Shown: in pieces, positions 11,161 through 26,200 of the stretch
Numbering within the stretch: position 1 is the stretch's first letter
Layout of the letters: every line of letters starts with the position of its first letter
Assembly (NCBI GenBank): GCA_964016885.1
Contig: OZ024741.1
Span: 5,146,001 to 5,210,000, forward strand
DNA length: 64,000 bases
Source: Eledone cirrhosa
Taxonomy: Eukaryota
Direction of reading: 5' to 3'
Made by a program: the position numbers and the translations under genes
Notes under the pieces: model-generated
What the model saw: only the letters and a program-made list of their open reading frames with translations
Databases searched by the model: none
What the model was told of the DNA's origin: nothing

Positions 11161-11225
11161 GTCAAGTACCAGTCAAGTACCAGTCAGGTACCAGTCAAGT
11201 ACTGGTCGAGTACAAGTCAAGTACC
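11161..11225 (+). repeat. 11-bp minisatellite (GTCAAGTACCA), ~6 copies, linking the two large arrays
   Basis: GTCAAGTACCA GTCAAGTACCA GTCAGGTACCA GTCAAGTACTG GTCGAGTACAA GTCAAGTACC. Confidence 0.9.
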
Positions 11226-14200
11226 CCATTCCAACAGTCCTCCATTCCACTACTTTCTAGGTCTACCTCTTCCAACAGTCCTCCATTACTCCTTTCTAGG
11301 TATACCTCTTCCCACAGTCCTCCATTCCACTCCTTTCTAGGTCTACTTCTTCCCACAGTCCTCCATTCCACTCCTTTCTAGGTCTACCCCTTCCAACAGT
11401 CCTCCATTACTCCTTTCTAGGTATACCTCTTCCGACAGACCTCCATTCCACCCTTTCTAGGTCTACCTCTTCCAACAGTCCCCCATTCCACTCCTATCTA
11501 GGTCTACCTCTTCCAACAGTCCTCCATTCCACACCTTTCTAGGACTAACTCTTCCAACAGTCCCCGATTCCACTCCTTTCTAGGTTTACCTCTTCCAACA
11601 GTCCCCCATTACTCCTTTCTAGGTCTACCTCTTCCAAAAGTCCTCCATTCCACTCCTTTCTAGGTCTACCTCTTCCAACAGTCCTCCATTACTCCTTTCT
11701 AGGTATACCTCTTCCCACAGACCCCCATTCCACTCCTTTCTAGGTATACCTCTTCCCACAGTCCTCCATTACACTCCTTTCTAGATCTACCTCTTCCAAC
11801 CGTCCTCCATTCCACTCCTTTCTAGGTCTACCTCTTCCAACTGTCCTCCATTAATCCTTTCTAGGTCTACCTCTTCCAACAGTCCTCCATTCCATTCCTT
11901 TCGAGGTCTACCTCTTCCAACAGTCCTCCCTTCCACACCTTTCTAGGTCTACCTCTTCCAACAGTCCCCCATTACACTCCTTTCTAGGTCTACCTCTTCC
12001 AACAGTCCTCCATTCCACTCATTTCTAGGTCTACCTCTTCCAACAGTCCTCCATTCCACTCCTTTCTAGGTCTACCTCTTCCAACAGTCCCCCATTACAC
12101 TCCTTTCTAGGTCTACCTCTTCCAACAGTCCCCCATTACACTCCTTTCTAGGTCTACCTCTTCCAACAGTCCTCCATTCCACTCCTTTCTAGGTCTACCT
12201 CTTCCAACAGTCCCCCATTACACTCCTTTCTAGGTCTACCTCTTCCAACAGTCCTCCATTCCACTCCTTTCTAGGTCTACCTCTTCCCACAGTCCCCCAT
12301 TCCACTCCTTTCTAGGTCTACCTCTTCCCACAGTCCTCCATTCCACTCCTTTCTAGGTCTACCTCTTCCAACAGTCCTCCATTCCACTCCTTTCTAGGTC
12401 TACCTCTTCCAACAGTCCTCCATTCCACTCCTTTCTAGGTCTACCTCTTCCAAAAGTCCTCCATTCCACTGCTTTCTAGGTCTACCTCTTCCAACAGTCC
12501 TCCATTCCACTCCTTTCTAGGTCTACCTCTTCCAACAGTCCTCCATTCCACTCCTTTCTAGGTCTACCTCTTCCAACAGTCCTCCATTCCACTCCTTTCT
12601 AGGTCTACCTCTTCCCACAGTCCTCCATTCCACACCTTTCTAGGACTACCTCTTCCAACAGTCCCCCATTCCACTCCTTTCTAGGTCTACCTCTTCCCAC
12701 AGTCCTCCACCCCACACCTTTCTAGGTCTACCTCTTCCAACAGTCCTCCATTCCACTCCTTTCTAGGTCCAACTCTTCCAACAGTCCTCCATTCCACTTC
12801 TTTCTAGGTCTACCTCTTCCAACAGTCCCCCATTCCACTCCTTTCTAGGTCTACCTCTTCCCACAGTCCTCCACCCCACACCTTTCTAGGTCTACCTCTT
12901 CCAACAGTCCTCCATTCCACTCCTTTCTAGGTCTACCTCTTCCCACAGTCCTCCATTCCACTCCTTTCTAGGTCTACCTCTTCCCACAGTCCTCCATTCC
13001 ACACCTTTCTAGGTCTACCTCTTCCAACAGTCCTCCATTCCACTCCTTTCTAGGTCTACCGCTTCCCACAGTCCTCCATTCCACACCTTTCTAGGTCTAC
13101 CTCTTCCAACAGTCCGCCATTCCACTCCTTTCTAGGTCTACCTCTTCCAACAGTCCTCCATTCCACACCTTTCTAGGTCTACCTCTTCCCACAGTCCTCC
13201 ATTAATCCTTTCTAGGTCTACCTCTTCCCACAGTCCTCCATTCCACTCCTTTCTAGGTCTACCTCTTCCAACAGTCCCCCATTCCACACCTTTCTAGGAC
13301 TACCTCTTCCCACAGTCCTCCATTAATCCTTTCTAGGTCTACCTCTTCCCACAGTCCTCCATTCCACTCCTTTCTAGGTCTACCTCTTCCAACAGTCCTC
13401 CATTCCACACCTTTCTAGGTCTACCTCTTCCCACAGTCCTCCATTAATCCTTTCTAGGTCTACCTCTCCCAACAGTCCTCCATTCCACTCCTTTCTAGGT
13501 CTACCTCTTCCAACAGTCCTCCATTCCACACCTTTCTAGGTCTACCTCTTCCCACAGTCCTCCATTAATCCTTTCTAGGTCTACCTCTCCCAACAGACCT
13601 CCATTCCACTCCTTTCTAGGTCTACCTCTTCCAACAGTCCTCCATTCCACTCCTTTCTAGGACTACCTCTTCCCACAGTCCTCCATTCCACACCTTTCTA
13701 GGTCTACCTCTCCCAACAGTCCTACATTCCACTCCTTTCTAGGTTTACCTCTTCCAACAGTCCGCCATTCCACACCTTTCTAGGTCTACCTCTTCCCACA
13801 GTCTTCCATTCCACTCCTTTCTAGGTCTACCTCTTCCCACAGTCCTCCATTCCACTCCTTTCTAGGACTACCCCTCCCAACAGTCCCCCATTCCACTCCT
13901 TTCTAGGTCTACCTCTTCCAACAGTCCTCTATTCCACTCCTTTCTAGGTCTACCTCTTCCAACAGTCCTCCATTCCACTCCTTTCTAGGTCTACCTCTTC
14001 CAACAGTCCTCCATTCCACTCCTTTCTAGGTCTACCTCTTCCAACAGTCCTCCATTCCACTCCTTTCTAGGTCTACCTCTTCCAACAGTCCTCCATTCCA
14101 CTCCTTTCTAGGTCTACCTCTTCCAACAGTCCTCCATTCCACTCCTTTCTAGGTCTACCTCTTCCAACAGTCCCCCATTCCACTCCTTTCTAGGTCTACC

Positions 14201-17200
14201 TCTTCCAACAGTCCTCCATTCCACTCCTTTCTAGGTCTACCTCTTCCAACAGTCCTCCATTCCACTCCTTTCTAGGTCTACCTCTTCCAACAGTCCCCCA
14301 TTCCACTCCTTTCTAGGTCTACCTCTTCCCACCGTCCTCCATTCCACACCTTTCTAGGTCTACCTCTCCCAACAGTCCTCCATTCCACACCTTTCTAGGT
14401 CTACCTCTTCCAACAGTCCTCCATTCCACACCTTTCTAGGTCTACCTCTTCCCACAGTCATCCATTCCACTCCTTTCTAGGTCTACCTCTTCCCACAGTC
14501 CTCCATACCACTCCTTTCTAGGACTACCTCTTCCCACAGTCCTCCATTCCACTCCTTTCAAGGACTACCTCTTCCCACAGTCCTCTATTCCACTCCTTTC
14601 TAGGACTACCTCTCCCAACAGTCCTCCATTCCACTCCTTTCTAGGTCTACCTCTTCCCACAGTCCTCCATTCCACTCCTTTCTAGGACTACCTCTTCCCA
14701 CAGTCCTCTATTCCACTCCTTTCTAGGACTACCACTCCCAACAGTCCTCCATTCCACTCCTTTCTAGGTCTACCTCTTCCCACAGTCCTCCATTAATCCT
14801 TTCTAGGTCTACCTCTTCCCACAGTCCTCCATTCCACTCCTTTCTAGGTCTACCTCTTCCCACAGTCCTCCATTCCACTCCTTTCTAGGTCTACCTCTTC
14901 CAACAGTCCTCCATTAATCCTTTCTAGGTCTACCTCTTCCATCAGTCCTCCATTCCACACCTTTCTAGGTCTACCTCTTCCCACAGTCCTCCATTAATCC
15001 TTTCTAGGTTTACCTCTTCCCACAGTCCTCCATTCCACTCCTTTCTAGGTCTACCTCTTCCCACAGTCCTCCATTAATCCGTTCTAGGTCTACCTCTTCC
15101 CACAGTCCTCCATTAATCCTTTCTAGGTCTACCTCTTCCCACGGTCCTCCAATCCACTCCTTTCTAGGTCTACCTCTTCCCACAGTCCTCCATTAATCCT
15201 TTCTAGGACTACCTCTTCCAACAGTCCTCCATTCCACTCCTTTCTAGGTCTACCTCGTCCCACAGTCCTCCAATCCACTCCTTTCTAGGTCTACCTCTTC
15301 ACACAGTCCTCCATTCCACTCCTTTCTAGGTCTACCTCTTCCCACAGTCCTCCATTCCACTCCTTTCTAGGTCTACCTCTTCCAACAGTCCTCCATTAAT
15401 CCTTTCTAGGTCTACCTCTTCCAACAGTCCTCCATTCCACACCTTTCTAGGTCTACCTCTTCCCACAGTCCTCCATTAATCCTTTCTAGGTTTACCTCTT
15501 CCCACAGTCCTCCATTCCACTCCTTTCTAGGTCTACCTCTTCCCACAGTCCTCCATTCCACTCCTTTCTAGGTCTACCTCTTCCAACAGTCCTCCATTCC
15601 ACACCTTTCTAGGTCTATCTCTTCCCACAGTCCTCCATTAATCCTTTCTAGGTTTACCTCTTCCCACAGTCCTCCATTCCACTCCTTTCTAGGTCTACCT
15701 CTTCCCACAGTCCTCCATTCCACTCCTTTCTAGGTCTACCTCTTCCAACAGTCCTCCATTCCACACCTTTCTAGGTCTACCTCTTCCCACAGTCCTCCAT
15801 TAATCCTTTCTAGGTCTACCTCTTCCCACAGTCCTCCAATCCACTCCTTTCTAGGTCTACCTCTTCCCACAGTCCTCCAATCCACTCCTTTCTAGGTCTA
15901 CCTCTTCCCACAGTCCTCCATTCCACTCCTTTCTAGGTCTACCTCTTCCCACAGTCCTCCATTCCACTCCTTTCTAGGTCTACCTCTTCCCACAGTCCTC
16001 CATTCCACACCTTTCTAGGTCTACCTCTTCCAACAGTCCTCCATTCCACTCCTTTCTAGGTCTACCTCTTCCAACAGTCCTCCATTCCACTCCTTTCTAG
16101 GTCTACCTCTCCCACAGTCCTCCATTCCACTCCTTTCTAGGTCTACCTCTCCCAACAGTCCTCCATTCCACTCCTTTCTAGGTCTACCTCTCCCAACAGT
16201 CCTCCATTCCACTCCTTTCTAGGTCTACCTCTTCCAACAGTCCTCCATTCCACTCCTTTCTAGGTCTACTTCTCCCAACAGTCCTCCATTCCACACCTTT
16301 CTAGGACTACCTCTTCCAACAGTCCCCCATTCCACTCCTTTCTAGGTCTACCTCTTCCAACAGTCCTCCATTCCACTCCTTTCTAGGACTACCTCTCCCA
16401 ACAGTCCTCCATTCCACACCTTTCTAGGTCTACCTCTCCCAACAGTCCTCCATTCCACTACTTTCTAGGTCTACCTCTTCCAACAGTCCTCCATTCCACA
16501 CCTTTCTAGGACTACCTCTCCCAACAGTCCTCCATTCCACTCCTTTCTAGGTCTACCTCTTCCAACAGTCCTCCATTCCACACCTTTCTAGGACTACCTC
16601 TTCCAACAGTCCCCCATTCCACTCCTTTCTAGGTCTACCTCTCCCAACAGTCCTCCATTCCACTCCTTTCTAGGTCTACCTCTTCCCACAGTCCTCCATT
16701 CCACACCTTTCTAGGTCTACCTCTTCCAACAGTCCCCCATTCCACTCCTTTCTAGGTCTACCTCTCCCAACAGTCCTCCATTCCACTCCTTTCTAGGACT
16801 ACCTCTTCCAACAGTCCCCCATTCCACTCCTTTCTAGGTCTACCTCTCCCAACAGTCCTCCATTCCACTCCTTTCTAGGTCTACCTCTCCCAACAGTCCT
16901 CCATTCCACTCCTTTCTAGGTTTACCTCTTCCAACAGTCCCCCATTCCACTCCTTTCTAGGTCTACCTCTTCCAACAGTCCTCCATTCCACACCTTTCTA
17001 GGTCTACCTCTTCCAACAGTCCTCCATTCCACTCCTTTCTAGGACTACCTCTTCCAACAGTCCCCTATTCCACTCCTTTCTAGGTCTACCCCTCCCAACA
17101 GTCCTCCATTCCACTCCTTTCTAGGACTACCTCTCCCAACAGTCCCTGATTCCACTCCTTTCTAGGTCTACCTCTCCCAACAGTCCTCCATTCCACACCT

Positions 17201-20200
17201 TTCTAGGACTACCTCTTCCCACAGTCCTCCATTCCACTCCTTTCTAGGTCTACCTCTTCCAACAGTCCTCCATTCCACTCCTTTCTAGGTCTACCTCTTC
17301 CCACAGTCCTCCATTCCACACCTTTCTAGGTCTACCTCTTCCAACAGTCCTCCATTCCACTCCTTTCTAGGTCTACCTCTTCCCACAGTCCTCCATTCCA
17401 CACCTTTCTAGGTCTACCTCTTCCAACAGTCCTCCATTCCACTCCTTTCTAGGTCTACCTCTTCCAACAGTCCTCCATTCCACACCTTTCTAGGTCTACC
17501 TCTCCCAACAGTCCTCCATTCCACTCCTTTCTAGGTCTACCTCTTCCAACAGTCCTCCATTCCACACCTTTCTAGGTCTACCTCTTCCAACAGTCCTCCT
17601 TTCCACTCCTTTCTAGGTCTACCTTTCCCAACAGTCCTCCATTCCACTCCTTTCTAGGTCTACCTCTTCCAACAGTCCCCCATTCCACTCCTTTCTAGGT
17701 CTACCTCTTCCAACAGTCCTCCATTCCACACCTTTCTAGGTCTACCTCTTCCAACAGTCCCCCATTCCACTCCTTTCTAGGTCTACCTCTTCCAACAGTC
17801 CTCCATTCCACACCTTTCTAGGTCTACCTCTTCCAACAGTCCCCCATTCCACTCCTTTCTAGGTCTACCTCTTCCAACAGTCCTCAATTCCACTCCTTTC
17901 TAGGTCTACCTCTTCCAACAGTCCTCCATTCCACTCCTTTCTAGGTCTACCTCTTCCAACAGTCCTCCATTCCACACCTTTCTAGGTCTACCTCTTCCAA
18001 CAGTCCTCCTTTCCACTCCTTTCTAGGTCTACCTTTCCCAACAGTCCTCCATTCCACTCCTTTCTAGGTCTACCTCTTCCAACAGTCCCCCATTCCACTC
18101 CTTTCTAGGTCTACCTCTTCCAACAGTCCTCCATTCCACTCCTTTCTAGGTCTACCTCTTCCAACAGTCCTCCATTCCACACCTTTCTAGGTCTACCTCT
18201 ACCAACAGTCCTCCTTTCCACTCCTTTCTAGGTCTACCTTTCCCAACAGTCCTCCATTCCACTCCTTTCTAGGTCTACCTCTTCCAACAGTCCCCCATTC
18301 CACTCCTTTCTAGGTCTACCTCTTCCAACAGTCCCCCATTCCACACCTTTCTAGGTCTACCTCTTCCAACAGTCCTCCATTCCACTCCTTTCTAGGTCTA
18401 CCTCTTCCAACAGTCCTCCATTCCACACCTTTCTAGGTCTACCTCTTCCAACAGTCCCCCATTCCACTCCTTTCTAGGTCTACCTCTTCCAACAGTCCTC
18501 CATTCCACACCTTTCTAGGTCTACCTCTTCCAACAGTCCCCCATTCCACTCCTTTCTAGGTCTACCTCTTCCAACAGTCCTCCATTCCACACCTTTCTAG
18601 GTCTACCTCTTCCAACAGTCCCCCATTCCACTCCTTTCTAGGTCTACCTCTTCCAACAGTCCTCCATTCCACTCCTTTCTAGGTCTACCTCTTCCAACAG
18701 TCCTCCATTTCACACCTTTCTAGGTCTACCTCTTCCAACAGTCCTCCTTTCCACTCCTTTCTAGGTCTACCTCTCCCAACAGTCCTCCATTCCACTCCTT
18801 TCTAGGTCTACCTCTTCCAACAGTCCTCCATTCCACACCTTTCTAGGTCTACCTCTTCCAACAGTCCCCCATTCCACTCCTTTCTAGGTCTACCTCTTCC
18901 AACAGTCCTCCATTCCACTCCTTTCTAGGTCTACCTCTCCCAACAGTCCCCCATTCCACTGCTTTCTAGGTCTACCTCTTCCAACAGTCCTCCATTCCAC
19001 TCCTTTCTAGGTCTACCTCTTCCCACAGTCCTCCATTCCACTCCTTTCTAGGTCTACCTCTTCCCACAGTCCTCCATTCCACTCCTTTCTAGGTCTACCT
19101 CTCCCAACAGTCCTCCATTCCACTCCTTTCTAGGTCTACCTCTTCCAACAGTCCTCCATTCCACTCCTTTCTAGGTCTACCTCTTCCAACAGTCCTCCAT
19201 TAATCCTTTCTAGGTCTACCTCTTCCCACAGTCCTCCATTCCACTCCTTTCTAGGTCTACCTCTTCCAACAGTCCTCTATTCCACTCCTTTCTAGGTCTA
19301 CCTCTTCCCACAGTCCCCCATTCCACTCCTTTCTAGGTCTACCTCTTCCAACAGTCCTCCATTCCACTCCTTTCTAGGTCTACCTCTTCCCACAGTCCTC
19401 CATTCCACACCTTTCTAGGTCTACCTCTTCCAACAGTCCTCCATTCCAATCCTTTCTAGGTCTACCTCTTCCCACAGTCCTCCATTCCACTCCTTTCTAG
19501 GTCTACCTCTTCCCACAGTCCTCCATTCCACTCCTTTCTAGGACTACCTCTTCCAACAGTCCCCCATTCCACTCCTTTCTAGGTCTACCTCTCCCAACAG
19601 TCCTCCATTCCAATTCTTTCTAGGTCTACCTCTTCCAACAGTCCCCCATTCCACTCCTTTCTAGGTCTACCTCTTCCAACAGTCCTCCATTCCACTCCTT
19701 TCTAGGTCTACCTCTCCCAACAGTCCCCCATTCCACTGCTTTCTAGGTCTACCTCTTCCAACAGTCCTCCATTCCACTCCTTTCTAGGTCTACCTCTTCC
19801 CACAGTCCTCCATTCCACTCCTTTCTAGGTCTACCTCTTCCCACAGTCCTCCATTCCACTCCTTTCTAGGTCTACCTCTTCCAACAGTCCTCCATTCCAC
19901 TCCTTTCTAGGTCTACCTCTTCCAACAGTCCTCCATTAATCCTTTCTAGGTCTACCTCTTCCCACAGTCCTCCATTCCACTCCTTTCTAGGTCTACCTCT
20001 TCCAACAGTCCTCTATTCCACTCCTTTCTAGGTCTACCTCTTCCCACAGTCCCCCATTCCACTCCTTTCTAGGTCTACCTCTTCCAACAGTCCTCCATTC
20101 CACTCCTTTCTAGGTCTACCTCTTCCCACAGTCCTCCATTCCACACCTTTCTAGGTCTACCTCTTCCCACAGTCCTCCATTCCACTCCTTTCTAGGTCTA

Positions 20201-23200
20201 CCTCTTCCAACAGTCCTCCATTCCACTCCTTTCTAGGTCTACCTCTTCCAACAGTCCTCCATTAATCCTTTCTAGGTCTACCTCTTCCCACAGTCCCCCA
20301 TTCCACTCCTTTCTAGGTCTACCTCTTCCAACAGTCCTCCATTCCACTCCTTTCTAGGTCTACCTCTTCCCACAGTCCTCCATTCCACTCCTTTCTAGGA
20401 CTACCTCTTCCAACAGTCCCCCATTCCACTCCTTTCTAGGTCTACCTCTCCCAACAGTCCTCCATTCCAATTCTTTCTAGGTCTACCTCTTCCCACAGTC
20501 CTCCATTCCACTCCTTTCTAGGACTACCTCTTCCAACAGTCCGCCATTCCACTCCTTTCTAGGTCTACCTCTTCCCACAGTGCCCCATTCCACTCCTTTC
20601 TAGGTCTACCTCTTCCAACAGTCCTCCATTCCACTCCTTTCTAGGTCTACCTCTTCCCACAGTCCCCCATTCCACTCCTTTCTAGGTCTACCTCTTCCAA
20701 CAGTCCTCCATTCCACTCCTTTCTAGGTCTACCTCTTCCCACAGTCCTCCATTCCACTCCTTTCTAGGACTACCTCTTCCAACAGTCCCCCATTCCACTC
20801 CTTTCTAGGTCTACCTCTCCCAACAGTCCTCCATTCCAATCCTTTCTAGGTCTACCTCTTCCCACAGTCCTCCATTCCACTCCTTTCTAGGACTACCTCT
20901 TCCAACAGTCCCCCATTCCACTCCTTTCTAGGTCTACCTCTCACAACAGTCCTCCATTCCACTCCTTACTAGGTCTACCTCTCCTAACAGTCCTCCATTC
21001 CACTCCTTTCTAGGTCTACCTCTTCCAACAGTCCTCCATTCCACTCCTTTCTAGGTCTACCTCTTCCCACAGTCATCCATTCCACTCCTTTCTAGGTCTA
21101 CCTCTTCCAACAGTCCTCCATTCCACTCCTTTCTAGGTCTACCTCTTCCCACAGTCATCCATTCCACTCCTTTCTAGGACTACCTCTTCCAACAGTCCTC
21201 CAATCCAATCCTTTCTAGGACTACCTCTTCCCACAGTCCTCCATTCCACTCCTTTCTAGGACTACCTCTTCCCACAGTCCTCCATTACTACTTTCTAGGT
21301 CTACCTCTTCCAACAGTCCCCCATTCCACTCCTTTCTAGGTCTACCTCTTCCAACAGTCCTCAATTCCACTCCTTTCTAGGTCTACCTCTTCCCACAGTC
21401 CTCCATTCCACTCCTTTCTAGGTCTACCTCTTCAACAGTCCTCCATTCCACACCTTTCTAGGACTACCTCTTTCAACAGTCCCCCATTCCACTCCTTTCT
21501 AGGACTACCTCTTCCAACAGTCCCCCATTCCACTACTTTCTAGGTCTACCTATTCCAACAGTCCTCCATTCCACTCCTTTCTAGGTCTACCTCTTCCCAC
21601 AGTCCTCCATTCCACACCTTTCTAGGACTACCTCTTCCAACAGTCCCCCATTCCACTCCTTTCTAGGTCTACCTCTCCCAACAGTCCTCCATTCCACTCC
21701 TTTCTAGGTCTACCTCTTCCAACAGTCCTCCATTCCACTCCTTTCTAGGTCTACCTCTTCCAACAGTCCCCCATTCCACTCCTTTCTAGGACTACCTCTT
21801 CCAACAGTCCCCCATTCCACACCTTTCTAGGACTACCACTCCCAACAGTCCTCCATTCCACTCCTTTCTAGGTCTACCTCTTCCAACAGTCCTCCATTCC
21901 ACTCCTTTCTAGGTCTACCTCTTCCAACAGTCCCCCATTCCACTCCTTTCTAGGACTACCTCTTCCAACAGTCCCCCATTCCACACCTTTCTAGGACTAC
22001 CTCTTTCAACAGTCCCCCATTCCACTCCTTTCTAGGACTACCTCTTCCAACAGTCCCCCATTCCACTACTTTCTAGGTCTACCTATTCCAACAGTCCTCC
22101 ATTCCACTCCTTTCTAGGTCTACCTCTTCCCACAGTCCTCCATTCCACACCTTTCTAGGACTACCTCTTCCAACAGTCCCCCATTCCACTCCTTTCTAGG
22201 TCTACCTCTCCCAACAGTCCTCCATTCCACTCCTTTCTAGGTCTACCTCTTCCAACAGTCCCCCATTCCACTCCTTTCTAGGACTACCTCTCCCAACAGT
22301 CCTCCATTCCACTCCTTTCTAGGTCTACCTCTTCCAACAGTCCTCCATTCCACTCCTTTCTAGGTCTACCTCTTCCCACAGTCCTCCATTCCACACCTTT
22401 CTAGGACTACCTCTTCCAACAGTCCCCCATTCCACTCCTTTCTAGGTCTACCTCTCCCAACAGTCCTCCATTCCACTCCTTTCTAGGTTTACCTCTTCCA
22501 ACAGTCCCCCATTCCACTCCTTTCTAGGTCTACCTCTCCCAACAGTCCTCCATTCCACTCCTTTCTAGGTTTACCTCTTCCAACAGTCCCCCATTCCACT
22601 CCTTTCTAGGTCTACCTCTTCCCACAGTCCTCCATTCCACACCTTTCTAGGACTACCTCTTCCAACAGTCCCCCATTCCACTCCTTTCTAGGTCTACCTC
22701 TCCCAACAGTCCTCCATTCCACTCCTTTCTAGGTCTACCTCTTCCAACAGTCCTCCATTCCACTCCTTTCTAGGTCTACCTCTTCCCACAGTCCTCCATT
22801 CCACACCTTTCTAGGACTACCTCTTCCAACAGTCCCCCATTCCACTCCTTTCTAGGTCTACCTCTCCCAACAGTCCTCCATTCCACTCCTTTCTAGGTTT
22901 ACCTCTTCCAACAGTCCCCCATTCCACTCCTTTCTAGGTCTACCTCTCCCAACAGTCCTCCATTCCACTCCTTTCTAGGTTTACCTCTTCCAACAGTCCC
23001 CCATTCCACTCCTTTCTAGGTCTACCTCTTCCCACAGTCCTCCATTCCACACCTTTCTAGGACTACCTCTTCCAACAGTCCCCCATTTTACTCCTTTCTA
23101 GGTCTACCTCTCCCAACAGTCCTCCATTCCACTCCTTTCTAGGTTTACCTCTTCCAACAGTCCCCCATTCCACTCCTTTCTAGGTCTACCTCTTCCCACA

Positions 23201-26200
23201 GTCCTCCATTCCACACCTTTCTAGGACTACCTCTTCCAACAGTCCCCCATTCCACTCCTTTCTAGGTCTACCTCTCCCAACAGTCCTCCATTCCACTCCT
23301 TTCTAGGACTACCTCTTCCAACAGTCCCCTATTCCACTCCTTTCTAGGTCTACCTCTCCCAACAGTCCTCCATTCCACTCCTTTCTAGGTCTACCTCTTC
23401 CAACAGTCCTCCATTCCACACCTTTCTAGGTCTACCTCTCCCAACAGTCCTCCATTCCACTCCTTTCTAGGACTACCTCTTCCAACAGTCCCCTATTCCA
23501 CTCCTTTCTAGGTCTACCTCTCCCAACAGTCCTCCTTTCCACTCCTTTCTAGGTCTACCTCTTCCCACAGTCCTCCATTCCACACCTTTCTAGGTCTACC
23601 TCTTCCAACAGTCCTCCATTCCACTCCTTTCTAGGTCTACCTCTCCCAACAGTCCTCCATTCCACTCCTTTCTAGGTCTACCTCTCCCAACAGTCCTCCA
23701 TTCCACACCTTTCTAGGACTACCTCTTCCAACAGTCCTCCATTCCACACCTTTCTAGGACTACCTCTTCCAACAGTCCCCCATTCCACTCCTTTCTAGGT
23801 CTACCTCTCCCAACAGTCCTCCATTCCACTCCTTTCTAGGTCTACCTCTCCCAACAGTCCTCCATTCCACTCCTTTCTAGGTCTACCTCTTCCAACAGTC
23901 CTCCATTCCACACCTTTCTAGGTCTACCTCTTCCAACAGTCCTCCATTCCACTCCTTTCTAGGTCTACCTCTCCCAACAGTCTTCCATTCCACACCTTTC
24001 TAGGACTACCTCTTCCAACAGTCCTCCATTCCACACCTTTCTAGGACTACCTCTTCCAACAGTCCTCCATTCCACTCCTTTCTAGGTCTACCTCTCCCAA
24101 CAGTCCTCCATTCCACACCTTTCTAGGACTACCTCTTCCAACAGTCCTCCATTCCACACCTTTCTAGGACTACCTCTTCCAACAGTCCTCCATTCCACAC
24201 CTTTCTAGGTCTACCTCTTCCCACAGTCCTCCATTCCACACCTTTCTAGGTCTACCTCTCCCAACAGTCCTCCATTCCACTCCTTTCTAGGTCTACCTCT
24301 TCCAACAGTCCTCCATTCCACACCTTTCTAGGTCTACCTCTTCCAACAGTCCTCCATTCCACTCCTTTCTAGGTCTACCTCTCCCAACAGTCTTCCATTC
24401 CACACCTTTCTAGGACTACCTCTTCCCACAGTCCTCCATTCCACTCCTTTCTAGGTCTACCTCTCCCAACAGTCCTCCATTCCACTCCTTTCTAGGTCTA
24501 CCTCTCCCAACAGTCCTCCATTCCACACCTTTCTAGGACTACCTCTTCCAACAGTCCCCCATTCCACTCCTTTCTAGGCCTACCTCTCCCAACAGTCCTC
24601 CATTCCACTCCTTTCTAGGTCTACCTCTCCCAACAGTCCTCCATTCCACACCTTTCTAGGACTACCTCTTCCCACAGTCCTCCATTCCACTCCTTTCTAG
24701 GTCTACCTCTTCCAACAGTCCTCCATTCCACTCCTTTCTAGGTCTACCTCTCCCAACAGTCCTCCATTCCACTCCTTTCTAGGTCTACCTCTCCCAACAG
24801 TCCTCCATTCCACTCCTTTCTAGGTCTACCTCTCCCAACAGTCCTCCATTCCACTCCTTTCTAGGTCTACCTCTTCCAACAGTCCTCCATTCCACTCCTT
24901 TCTAGGTCTACCTCTCCCAACAGTCCTCCATTCCACACCTTTCTAGGACTACCTCTTCCAACAGTCCCCCATTCCACTCCTTTCTAGGTCTACCTCTCCC
25001 AACAGTCCTCCATTCCACTACTTTCTAGGTCTACCTCTTCCAACAGTCCTCCATTCCACACCTTTCTAGGACTACCTCTCCCAACAGTCCTCCATTCCAC
25101 TCCTTTCTAGGTCTACCTCTTCCAACAGTCCTCCATTCCACACCTTTCTAGGACTACCTCTTCCAACAGTCCCCCATTCCACTCCTTTCTAGGTCTACCT
25201 CTCCCAACAGTCCTCCATTCCACTCCTTTCTAGGTCTACCTCTTCCCACAGTCCTCCATTCCACACCTTTCTAGGTCTACCTCTTCCAACAGTCCCCTAT
25301 TCCACTCCTTTCTAGGTCTACCTCTTCCAACAGTCCTCCATTCCACACCTTTCTAGGTCTACATCTTCCAACAGTCCTCCATTCCACACCTTTCTAGGAC
25401 TACCTCTTCCAACAGTCCCCCATTCCACTCCTTTCTAGGTCTACCTCTCCCAACAGTCCTCCATTCCACTCCTTTCTAGGTCTACCTCTTCCAACAGTCC
25501 TCCATTCCACTCCTTTCTAGGTCTACCTCTCCCAACAGTCCTCCATTCCACTCCTTTCTAGGTTTACCTCTTCCAACAGTCCCCCATTCCACTCCTTTCT
25601 AGGTCTACCTCTTCCAACAGTCCCCCATTCCACTCCTTTCTAGGTCTACCTCTTCCAACAGTCCTCCATTCCACACCTTTCTAGGTCTACCTCTTCCAAC
25701 AGTCCCCTATTCCACTCCTTTCTAGGTCTACCTCTCCCAACAGTCCTCCATTCCACTCCTTTCTAGGTCTACCTCTTCCAACAGTCCTCCATTCCACTCC
25801 TTTCTAGGTCTACCTCTCCCAACAGTCCTCCATTCCACTCCTTTCTAGGTTTACCTCTTCCAACAGTCCCCCATTCCACTCCTTTCTAGGTCTACCTCTT
25901 CCAACAGTCCCCCATTCCACTCCTTTCTAGGTCTACCTCTTCCAACAGTCCTCCATTCCACACCTTTCTAGGTCTACCTCTTCCAACAGTCCCCTATTCC
26001 ACTCCTTTCTAGGTCTACCTCTCCCAACAGTCCTCCATTCCACTCCTTTCTAGGTCTACCTCTTCCAACAGTCCTCCATTCCACTCCTTTCTAGGTCTAC
26101 CTCTCCCAACAGTCCTCCATTCCACTCCTTTCTAGGTCTACCTCTTCCAACAGTCCCCCATTCCACTCCTTTCTAGGTCTACCTCTTCCAACAGTCCTCC

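Noticed and set aside
11054-16212. ORFs within the satellites (11054..11260, 11152..11340, 16021..16212)
   Set aside because: Products of 61- and 41-bp periodicity with frame rotation. They are informative about monomer origin but are not genes.
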